Positions 43,817-51,953 of a stretch of DNA of 64,000 nucleotides are shown here, piece after piece (the first letter of the stretch is position 1; each line of letters begins with the position of its first letter). Origin of the DNA: Flavobacteriaceae bacterium. Lineage in GTDB: Bacteria; Bacteroidota; Bacteroidia; Flavobacteriales; Flavobacteriaceae. A program made the position numbers and the translations under genes. The stretch lies in the NCBI GenBank assembly GCA_947491985.1, contig CANLLR010000010.1, positions 4,920 through 68,919 of the forward strand, given 5' to 3'. The notes under the pieces are model-generated. The model saw nothing but the letters and a program-made list of their open reading frames with translations, ran no database searches and was not told the origin of the DNA.

Positions 43817-46207
43817 TTAATTCCGTAATGGTTTTCCTTTGGTTAACATAAATTGGATTCTCTCCAATGTTTTTCTTTCGGTACACAATGATAAAAATGC
43901 TTCACGTTCAATGTCTAATAAATATTGTTCTGATACTAAAGTTGGTTCTGATAAATCGCCACCTGCCATTACATAAGCGAGTTTGTTTGCAATTTTTTTA
44001 TCGTGCTCCGAGATGTATTTTCCGGCTTGCATTTGATCGGTACCGACTAAAAACATTCCGAGTGCCTGTTTACCCAAAACTTTCACATCTTTACGTTGAA
44101 TAGGTTGTGTATACCCTTGCTCAGCCATTTGCAAAGCGATTTGTTTTGCTACAGCAATTTGTCGGTCTTTGTTGACAACCACAATGTCTTTTCCTTTTTG
44201 TAAAACGCCCATATCAAAAGCTTCGTAAGCCGATGTGGCTACTTTTGCCATTCCGACTGCGAGGAAATATTCTTGTAACACATTCAATTCGACATCGTTT
44301 TTATGAAATAAATCGGAAGCACGAAGCGCCATTTCTTTAGATCCGCCGCCACCTGGAATTACTCCAACTCCAAATTCTACCAAACCAATGTAGGTTTCCG
44401 CTGCAGCGACAACACGGTCGGCGTGCATCGTCATTTCACATCCACCTCCCAGTGTCATTCCGTGTGGAGCAACAATTACTGGAGTAGAAGAGTAGCGCAC
44501 GCGCATCATGGTGTCTTGGAAATATTTGATAGCCATGTTCAATTCTTCATATTCTTGTTCGACTGCCATCATAAAAATCATTCCGATATTGGCACCCACC
44601 GAGAAATTAGCTCCTTGATTACCGATAACCAAACCATTGTATTCCTTTTCGGCTAAATCGATTCCTTTATTGATAGCAGCTAAAACGTCGCCACCAATGG
44701 TATTCATTTTCGATTGGAATTCGAGATTTAAGATGCCGTTACCCAAATCGATAATAACAGCGCCGCTATTGCTCCATATTTTTTTGCTCTCACGGATGTT
44801 GTTTAGGATGATGAAACTGTCTTGTCCTGGAATTTTTTCTTGTGCTTTTGATGGAATGTTATAGAAATACGTGGCGCCTTCTTTAATAGTATAAAAATTG
44901 CTACTTCCAGAAGCTAGCATTTCAGCTACCCAAGCTGCTGGTTGATAGCCTTCGGTTTTCATTAAGGCAATTCCATTTTCAACACCGATGGCATCCCAAA
45001 TTTCGAACGGACCGTTTTCCCAACCAAACCCGGCTTTCATGGCATCGTCAATCTTATAAAATTCGTCAGTAATTTCGGGAACACGATTGGAGCAATAGGC
45101 AAACATTGCCGAAAAGTTTTTGCGGTAAAAATCGCCTGCTTTATCTTTTCCTTTCACTAATACTTTAAAGCGATCGATGGGTTTATCGATGGTTTTGGTT
45201 AATTCTAAGGTGGCAAACGAAGCGCGTTTTGCAGCTCTGTATTCTAATGTCTCTAAATCTAATGATAGAATATCTTTTCCTTCTTTTTTGTAAAAACCTT
45301 GAGCGGTTTTGCTTCCGAGCCATTTATTTTCCATCATTTTGTTGATGAAATCAGGAAGTTTGAACAATTCGTGTGCTTCGTCATTAGGGCAATTTTCATA
45401 AATCCCGTTAGCAACGTGCACTAATGTATCTAGACCAACGACGTCGACTGTTCGGAAAGTTGCCGATTTAGGTCTACCAATAACTGGTCCAGTTAATTTA
45501 TCTACCTCTTCAATGGTCAATCCCATTTCTTTTACCAAATGGAACAGACTTTGGATTCCGAAAATACCAATACGATTTCCTATGAACGCCGGAGTATCTT
45601 TGGCAACGACCGAAGTTTTTCCTAAGAATTTAGAACCGTATTCGGTTAGAAAATCCAATACTTCTTTAGCCGTTTTTGGACCAGGAATGATTTCAAATAA
45701 TTTCAAATAACGTGCTGGATTAAAGAAATGTGTGCCGCAAAAATGCGCTTGAAAATCGTCACTTCGGCCTTCACTCATGAATTTAATTGGAATTCCGGAT
45801 GTATTAGAAGTTACTAAAGTTCCGGGTTTACGGAAGGTATCGATTTGTTCGAAAACGATTTTTTTAATATCCAATCGTTCTACAACAACTTCAATTATCC
45901 AATCGTAATTGGCAATTTTGGCCATGTCATCGGTAGTATTTCCGGTTGTAATTCGATTGGCGAATTTATGACTATAAATAGGGGAAGGGTTCGATTTTAA
46001 TGCGTTGGCTAAATGATCATTAACTAATCGATTGCGAACGATTTTAGATTCTAAAGTGAGTCCTTTTTTCTCCTCAATTTCGGTCAATGTGTTCGGAACG
46101 ATGTCTAAAAGTAAGACTTCCAATCCGATATTAGCAAAATGACAAGCGATTCCAGAACCCATGATTCCAGATCCAATTACAGCCACTTTTTTGATGGTTC
46201 TTTTCAT
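43817..46207 (-). CDS. 3-hydroxyacyl-CoA dehydrogenase / enoyl-CoA hydratase fusion protein
   Basis: 796 aa with the N-terminal NAD-binding VAVIGSGIMGSGIA and a C-terminal crotonase-fold segment (APHGMTLGGGCEM). Confidence 0.9.
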   Translation of the reverse strand: MKRTIKKVAVIGSGIMGSGIACHFANIGLEVLLLDIVPNTLTEIEEKKGLTLESKIVRNRLVNDHLANALKSNPSPIYSHKFANRITTGNTTDDMAKIANYDWIIEVVVERLDIKKIVFEQIDTFRKPGTLVTSNTSGIPIKFMSEGRSDDFQAHFCGTHFFNPARYLKLFEIIPGPKTAKEVLDFLTEYGSKFLGKTSVVAKDTPAFIGNRIGIFGIQSLFHLVKEMGLTIEEVDKLTGPVIGRPKSATFRTVDVVGLDTLVHVANGIYENCPNDEAHELFKLPDFINKMMENKWLGSKTAQGFYKKEGKDILSLDLETLEYRAAKRASFATLELTKTIDKPIDRFKVLVKGKDKAGDFYRKNFSAMFAYCSNRVPEITDEFYKIDDAMKAGFGWENGPFEIWDAIGVENGIALMKTEGYQPAAWVAEMLASGSSNFYTIKEGATYFYNIPSKAQEKIPGQDSFIILNNIRESKKIWSNSGAVIIDLGNGILNLEFQSKMNTIGGDVLAAINKGIDLAEKEYNGLVIGNQGANFSVGANIGMIFMMAVEQEYEELNMAIKYFQDTMMRVRYSSTPVIVAPHGMTLGGGCEMTMHADRVVAAAETYIGLVEFGVGVIPGGGGSKEMALRASDLFHKNDVELNVLQEYFLAVGMAKVATSAYEAFDMGVLQKGKDIVVVNKDRQIAVAKQIALQMAEQGYTQPIQRKDVKVLGKQALGMFLVGTDQMQAGKYISEHDKKIANKLAYVMAGGDLSEPTLVSEQYLLDIEREAFLSLCTERKTLERIQFMLTKGKPLRN

Positions 46208-46216
46208 TTTATTATT

Positions 46217-46336
46217 TTAAATTATAAATTTTGAATCTTAAATTAACCTATAATATGATGCTTTATTTTTTTACTTGAATTATTTCTTATTAGATTATTT
46301 AAAATCATTTAAAATTTATAATTCAAAATTTAAAAT
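46217..46336. repeat. gene-less mini-element: inverted heptad arms around a 62-bp core
   Basis: The left arm at 46217-46245 is TAAATTA TAAATTT TGAATCT TAAATT. The right arm at 46308-46336 is the exact reverse complement of 42072-42100. The core has no ORF. Confidence 0.8.
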
Positions 46337-46347
46337 AGAAATCAAAA

Positions 46348-46779
46348 TCAAAATATCTTTTTTTCAGTAATCAAATCGTTTATTATTTCTGCCACTTCCA
46401 TAAAGTGATTTAGCTTTTCTTCTGGAACATTTTTTTTGATCACTTCATTAAATTTCAAAACAGTAATTTTCGATTGTTCCCGCATTTCCTTACCTAAATC
46501 TGTGAGGTATATTAGTACACCTCTACCGTCTTCTGGATTTTTCTGACGTGTAATTAACCCTTTTTCTTCTAACGTTTTTAATGTCCGTGTCAGACTTGTT
46601 GCTTCCATTCCCATTCGATTACTGATGAATGAAGAAGGTGTTCCGACTTCTTTATCAATACTTAATAAAGCAAATCCAATAGCCATAGATCCTTCAAACT
46701 TGGATGCTTCTTCATTGTACATTCTGGCAACCGATTGCCATGTGGCACGCAGAACATAATCGATAGTTTTTTCCTTCAT
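46348..46779 (-). CDS. MarR-family transcriptional regulator
   Basis: It has the winged-helix segment SSFISNRMGMEATSLTRTLKTLEEKGLITR. I prefer ATG 46779. It is the first gene of the beta-oxidation gene string. Confidence 0.85.
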   Translation of the reverse strand: MKEKTIDYVLRATWQSVARMYNEEASKFEGSMAIGFALLSIDKEVGTPSSFISNRMGMEATSLTRTLKTLEEKGLITRQKNPEDGRGVLIYLTDLGKEMREQSKITVLKFNEVIKKNVPEEKLNHFMEVAEIINDLITEKKIF

Positions 46780-46816
46780 AGTAAGTTCGTATAAGTTCAA
46801 AGATACAAAAATTTAT

Positions 46817-46828
46817 TATGCACGCATA
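46817..46828. promoter_or_regulatory. small palindrome TATGCACGCATA upstream of the MarR gene (candidate operator)
   Basis: This perfect 5-2-5 palindrome lies 38 nt upstream of the MarR ATG. It is only a positional guess. Confidence 0.2.
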
Positions 46829-46865
46829 GTATTTATATTATTTTTTTATTATTTTAAAAAAAAGG

Positions 46866-46897
46866 AATAAAAAAACTCCTCTAGAAACTGAGGAGTT
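46866..46897 (-). terminator. intrinsic terminator of the small membrane (pseudo)gene
   Basis: On the minus strand AACTCCTC agtttcta GAGGAGTT is followed by TTTTTATT. Confidence 0.8.
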
Positions 46898-46918
46898 CAC
46901 TGCATATAATTAAATAAC

Positions 46919-47302
46919 TTATTTCAATTTGCCGATTACTAAAGCCACTGCAGCGCCAACTCCAGCACTCAATACTATAGAAATAAGTACATCAATGGCA
47001 AAGGTTTTGTAATCTATAGGAATGTTCGAGTACATGAATAAGTTCATGTACAAACTACTGAAAAATCCTATAATAGCTCCGGCTTTTAGTCCACTAATGA
47101 GATTTGAAATTCCAGCCCAACGTGTAAAAATAAAAGAAACAAAAAAGCCAAATGTCATACATCCTAAAAAGATCTATTCAATTTTCATGTCTGGAGATTC
47201 TGGGAAAATGTCTTTAAATAACATTCCATAAAAAAGCCAACCTAGAAGAAAGTCGACAATTCCTCCGACAATTCCTCCAACAATAAAGTTTTTTACATTC
47301 AT
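46919..47302 (-). pseudogene. small 4-TM membrane protein gene interrupted by one in-frame TAG
   Basis: From ATG 47302 the frame reads MNVKNFIVGGIVGGIVDFLLGWLFYGMLFKDIFPESPDMKIE, then TAG (47176..47174), then IFLGCMTFGFF.. in the same frame to 46919. The track shows only the distal 79 aa. Confidence 0.6.
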
Positions 47303-47433
47303 AATTTTTAGTTTTTTTGGTTAATACTATAAAAATAAAAAAAAATTAAGAACTGTTTAACTTTGTACAAGGTTATTTATCAACTTTTTATTTTTTTAAA
47401 TTGTTGATAACCAATTATAAAAGTAGATCACAC

Positions 47434-47461
47434 AAAAAAAAAGCACCTTTTAAAAAGGCGC
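47434..47461 (-). terminator. intrinsic terminator of fadD
   Basis: On the minus strand GCGCCTTT tta AAAGGTGC is followed by T9. Confidence 0.85.
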
Positions 47462-47468
47462 CTACTAT

Positions 47469-49247
47469 TTAATCGTTTCTAAATATTTTATCGTAGAGAT
47501 TAGTATATTTTTCTCTAATTACTTTTCGTTTTAACTTTAAAGTAGGAGTAAGTTCTCCGCCATCAATGCTCCATACATTTGGCGTTAATTCAAAGCGTTT
47601 GATTTTTTCCCAATTACCAAATTTTTCGTTTTGCGTGTCCACCTCTTCTTGAATTCTTTTTATTACTTGTAGATTTGTAGCAATTTCCTCGTTCAAATCG
47701 CCAATATCAATATGATGTCTTTTTGCCCATTCTCTCACAAAGTCAAAATTGGGTTGAATAAAAGCAGCGGGCATTTTTTCACCATCACCAATAACCATGA
47801 TTTGTTCAATAAATAACGACTGTTTCATGGCGTTTTCAATCAATTGTGGAGCTATGTATTTTCCACCTGATGTTTTAAACATTTCCTTTTTGCGATCAGT
47901 AATTTTCAAAAAACCTTCAGCATCAATAATTCCGATATCACCTGTGTGAAAATAACCATTTACAATCACTTCGTTAGTCATTTGTTCGTCTTTATAGTAG
48001 CCCAACATAACATTCGGACCTTTGCAAAGTATTTCGCCATCTTCGGCAATTTTGACTTCTACATTATTGATGACTTTTCCAACGGTTCCGATTTTAAATC
48101 CCTTATTTCGAACATCATTCACGGAGATTACAGGAGAAGTTTCTGACAAACCATAACCTTCCATTACAGGCATGCCGGCAGCTGCGAAAACGCGAGTAAG
48201 TCGAGGTTGCAATGCAGCACTTCCTGAAACCATAACGGTTAGATTGCCACCCAAACCGGCTTGCCATTTACTAAAAATCAGTTTTCTTGCAATTTTTAAT
48301 TGCGTTTCATACCAAAATCCGTTGGCACCGTATGGTTCGTAGCGCAAGCCCAAATCGATGGCCCAGAAAAAGAGTTTCTTTTTGATACCGGTTAAAGATG
48401 TTCCTTTAGCATAAATTTTATCATATACTTTTTCCAATAGTCTTGGCACCAACGAGAACACAGTTGGTTTGACTTCGTTTATGTTTTCCGAGAGCTTTTC
48501 GATGCTTTCAGCAAAATAGATTGCTACCGAATAGTATTGGTAAATGTAAAGTATAACACGTTCAAAAATGTGACAAATAGGTAAAAAACTCAAAGCCCTA
48601 CTTGTTCCTTCTTCAAATGGAATTCGAGGCGAACTGTCTAGAACGTTGGAAACAATATTATTATGCGAAAGCATTACACCTTTAGGTTTTCCAGTGGTTC
48701 CTGAAGTATAAATGATAGTGGCAAGTTCTTCTGGCTTAACGTTGTTTTTTCGGTCTTCTACAACATCTTGATTGGAAGTATCTTCACCCACTGTTAAGAG
48801 TGATGTCCAATTTTTGCAACCTACAATTTCGTTAAAAGAAAAAACTTCTTTTAAAAGTGGAATGTTTTTTTGAACCGATTTTAATTTTTCTAAAACTACA
48901 TCGTCTGAAACAAAGCAATATATGGCACCAGAATGGTTTAAAATATATTCATAATCTTCTGCAGAAATAGTGGGATAAATAGGCACTGTTTGCGCTCCAG
49001 TTTGAAGCACACCAATGTCCATGACGTTCCATTCGGTTCTGTTAGTCGAAGAAATTAAGGCAATTTTATCATTTTTTTGAATTCCCATTCGCAACAACGC
49101 TCTCGAGATTGCGTTGGCTTTGTCAATGTATTCTTGTGTGGATGTTTTTACCCATTTGTCGTCGTATTTGGTTACTAGACAGTCAGGTATATTATTTTTC
49201 TCTAACTGATAATAAGGGAAATCGAAAAGGCGTGTGATGGTAACCAT
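47469..49247 (-). CDS. fadD: long-chain fatty acid-CoA ligase
   Basis: 592 aa with the AMP-binding motif IIYTSGTTGKPKGVMLSH and a later GDIG..D..G motif. Confidence 0.9.
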   Translation of the reverse strand: MVTITRLFDFPYYQLEKNNIPDCLVTKYDDKWVKTSTQEYIDKANAISRALLRMGIQKNDKIALISSTNRTEWNVMDIGVLQTGAQTVPIYPTISAEDYEYILNHSGAIYCFVSDDVVLEKLKSVQKNIPLLKEVFSFNEIVGCKNWTSLLTVGEDTSNQDVVEDRKNNVKPEELATIIYTSGTTGKPKGVMLSHNNIVSNVLDSSPRIPFEEGTSRALSFLPICHIFERVILYIYQYYSVAIYFAESIEKLSENINEVKPTVFSLVPRLLEKVYDKIYAKGTSLTGIKKKLFFWAIDLGLRYEPYGANGFWYETQLKIARKLIFSKWQAGLGGNLTVMVSGSAALQPRLTRVFAAAGMPVMEGYGLSETSPVISVNDVRNKGFKIGTVGKVINNVEVKIAEDGEILCKGPNVMLGYYKDEQMTNEVIVNGYFHTGDIGIIDAEGFLKITDRKKEMFKTSGGKYIAPQLIENAMKQSLFIEQIMVIGDGEKMPAAFIQPNFDFVREWAKRHHIDIGDLNEEIATNLQVIKRIQEEVDTQNEKFGNWEKIKRFELTPNVWSIDGGELTPTLKLKRKVIREKYTNLYDKIFRND

Positions 49248-49352
49248 TTATTGTAATTTTGATGCAAATTAATTAATAAAACATAGATTAACAATATATT
49301 TTTAAATATACTTATTCATTTTAGTAGTTTTGCAGTAATTAGGTTTATATAA

Positions 49353-51281
49353 ATGAATAAATTTCCACGGTTTAACGAATATAAAATACTGTTTTACAGA
49401 ATAGGTTTGGCCTATATCTTTTATATGTTAGCGCGCATTTTGTTTTACATTTACAATGAGAATTTGATTAAAATAGATAGTGTTGTCGACTTTGCGAAGT
49501 TGTGCTATCACGGACTAGCATTCGATACTACTACTATTTTGTATGCCAATGCTTTATTTATAGTTTTATCGGTTCTTCCGATGCTAATTACAACAAAGAA
49601 AGGTTTCCAGAAGTTTTTATTCTATTTGTATTTCACCACTAATTTGTTGGCGTATGTTGCCAATTTTATCGATTTTATTTATTACAAATACACTTTTAAT
49701 CGCAGTACAAGAGCTTCTTTAGATACTATAGAGAACGAACAAAACAAAGGCGCTTTGTTTGCTAACTTTTTAGTCAATTATTGGCATGTGTTTTTCTTAT
49801 TCTTTTTAATTGCTTTTATTTGGATTTTTCTCTACAGAAAAGTTAAAATTAAACAACATGATGCTAAGCCTACACTAAAATACTTTCTAACATCTACCGT
49901 AGGTTTATTGCTTATCGCCACCTTGTGTGTAGGTGGAATTCGCGGCGATTTTAGAAAAAGTACACGACCAATTAATTTACTGGATGCCAGTCGATTTGTT
50001 AGTAACGCTTCACAAGCCGATTTTGTTTTGAATACACCTTTTGCTATCATTAGAACATGGAATGCCAATACTTTTCAAAAGATTAAATTTGTTGATAGTG
50101 ATGTAATTGATTCGTTAATTATTCCAATAAAACACTATAAAAATAATCCGAAAACGAAACCTAATATAGTTATTTTTATATTGGAAAGTTATGCTAAAGA
50201 ATACATTAGTTCATTCAATAAAGAGATGAAAATACCCAATTACAAAGGATATTCACCATTTATTGATTCGCTGGCACAGCACAGTATGATTTATACAAAT
50301 GGGTATGCAAATGGGTATAAATCAATTCACGGAATGTCGTCTGTAATTGCTGGAATTCCTTCGTTTAAAAATGCCTTTACATCATCACCTTACCCGAATC
50401 AAAAAATAGAATCGTTGGTATCCGTTTTAAAAAGTGAAGGCTATGATACTTCTTTTTTTCACGGTGCGCCAAACGGTTCAATGGGTTTTTTAGGTTTCGG
50501 AAATATTTTGGGATATAATCATTATTATGGAAAAACGGAATATAATAACGATGCCGATTTTGATGGTGTTTGGGGGATTTGGGATGAGCCTTTTTTTCAA
50601 TATTTCAATCAAACACTGTCTCAAAAAAAACAACCTTTTATGGCGACGTTATTTTCAGTTTCTTCGCACGAACCCTATATTTTACCTTTACAATACGAGG
50701 GTAAATTCCCGAAAGGTGATAACCCTATGCATCAATGTGTTGGATATACTGATTATGCTTTGAAACAATTTTTCAAATCAGCCAAAAAGCAGTCGTGGTA
50801 TGAAAACACTATATTTGTATTGGTTGCAGATCATGACAACCTGATTTATTATGAAGACTATGGTAAAGATCAGAATTTGCATACGGTGCCCATTTTGTTT
50901 TTTTCTCCCTCAAAAAAATATATAGGTACCAATAACGACTGGGCACAACAGATTGATATTTTTCCAACTTTGTTAGACATGATTGGTTATGATAAACCTT
51001 TTAGAAGTTGGGGAAGAAGTTTGATTAATGAAAAGAAAGTGCCTCCTTTTGTAATGCGATATTCATCGGATAAATACCAAATGATGAGTGGCAATTATAT
51101 ATGTACCTTTGATGGTGAAAAGGCAGATGGTTTTTATGTTAAGTCGGATAAAGATTTGAAAAATAATTTAATTGGTCAGCGCAATGCCGAAATGAATTTG
51201 TTAGAATTGCGATGTAAAGCGTTTTTACAAGATTATATGCAACGTATAATTGACAGAAAATTAACATCTGAAATAAAATGA
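49353..51281 (+). CDS. LTA synthase / sulfatase-family membrane protein (phosphoglycerol- or phosphoethanolamine-transferase-like)
   Basis: 642 aa with 5 N-terminal TM helices and an extracytoplasmic alkaline-phosphatase-superfamily domain (VIFILESYA, ..VADHD). Confidence 0.8.
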   Translation: MNKFPRFNEYKILFYRIGLAYIFYMLARILFYIYNENLIKIDSVVDFAKLCYHGLAFDTTTILYANALFIVLSVLPMLITTKKGFQKFLFYLYFTTNLLAYVANFIDFIYYKYTFNRSTRASLDTIENEQNKGALFANFLVNYWHVFFLFFLIAFIWIFLYRKVKIKQHDAKPTLKYFLTSTVGLLLIATLCVGGIRGDFRKSTRPINLLDASRFVSNASQADFVLNTPFAIIRTWNANTFQKIKFVDSDVIDSLIIPIKHYKNNPKTKPNIVIFILESYAKEYISSFNKEMKIPNYKGYSPFIDSLAQHSMIYTNGYANGYKSIHGMSSVIAGIPSFKNAFTSSPYPNQKIESLVSVLKSEGYDTSFFHGAPNGSMGFLGFGNILGYNHYYGKTEYNNDADFDGVWGIWDEPFFQYFNQTLSQKKQPFMATLFSVSSHEPYILPLQYEGKFPKGDNPMHQCVGYTDYALKQFFKSAKKQSWYENTIFVLVADHDNLIYYEDYGKDQNLHTVPILFFSPSKKYIGTNNDWAQQIDIFPTLLDMIGYDKPFRSWGRSLINEKKVPPFVMRYSSDKYQMMSGNYICTFDGEKADGFYVKSDKDLKNNLIGQRNAEMNLLELRCKAFLQDYMQRIIDRKLTSEIK

Positions 51282-51865
51282 GTACAAAAAAGAAAATTTT
51301 AAGTTTAATTGTTTTGGTTGTTTTGATTGGAGTAGGGAAGTATGTTTACGACATGCACATCAACCACAACTTTGAAACGATTACAGAGAATAAAGTCTAC
51401 AAAAGCGGAGTAATTCCACCTAATGAGATTGCCGATTATGTCAAAGAATACAACATAAAAAGTATAGTTGATTTGCGTTTTCCGGGCACAGGTGATGATG
51501 AAAACAATCCTGAAATTCCAGCAGAATTGACCGCCGAAAAAGTCGCTGTTTTGAAAATTCAAGGAGTTAATTATTTTAATAATGGTTCTGATCAGGTTCC
51601 GGCGCAGAAAAATTTAGACTATTTTTTCTCGATTATGGACAACCCAGACAACTATCCGGTTTTGTTGCATTGTTATCACGGTGTTGGTCGCGCTGAGATG
51701 TATTCGGCCATTTATCGCATCGAATATGAAAATATGGATCGCGATGAAGCAAGAACATCTACTCGATTTTTAACCAAATGGAGTTCGTTTGATTTAGGAA
51801 AACCGAAAGGCGATTTTTTGCATACTTATGAAAGCAGAAAAACGTTAACAGAAAAAAGCAAATAA
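51278..51865 (+). CDS. membrane-anchored Cys-based (dual-specificity/tyrosine) phosphatase-like protein
   Basis: It has the CX5R signature HCYHGVGRAE and an N-terminal TM anchor. The ATG overlaps the upstream stop (ATGA). Confidence 0.7.
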   Translation: MSTKKKILSLIVLVVLIGVGKYVYDMHINHNFETITENKVYKSGVIPPNEIADYVKEYNIKSIVDLRFPGTGDDENNPEIPAELTAEKVAVLKIQGVNYFNNGSDQVPAQKNLDYFFSIMDNPDNYPVLLHCYHGVGRAEMYSAIYRIEYENMDRDEARTSTRFLTKWSSFDLGKPKGDFLHTYESRKTLTEKSK

Positions 51866-51888
51866 TCTTAATACATAGAAGTTTAAAA

Positions 51889-51928
51889 CCATTAAGAAAT
51901 TGCGATTTAATTCTAAATTTCTCAATGG
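51889..51928. terminator. long AT-rich hairpin between convergent genes
   Basis: CCATTAAGAAATT pairs with AATTTCTCAATGG (13 bp including one G-U wobble), followed by ATTATTTTT. Confidence 0.55.
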
Positions 51929-51953
51929 ATTATTTTTACAGAAGTATTATCAA

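Noticed and set aside
46246-46307. Core of the mini-element read as a C-terminal remnant of a four-helix-bundle gene (minus-strand MILNNLIRNNSSKKIKHHIIG)
   Set aside because: The similarity is only a vague K/N/I-rich pattern. The orientation implied by the exact 29-nt arm match is the opposite one, and that strand has no coding frame. It is therefore described only as a gene-less element.
47469-49247. fadD-like ligase as the missing menE
   Set aside because: At 592 aa it has the long-chain acyl-CoA synthetase layout, sits with beta-oxidation genes, and has its own terminator. OSB-CoA ligases are markedly shorter. It is kept as fadD.
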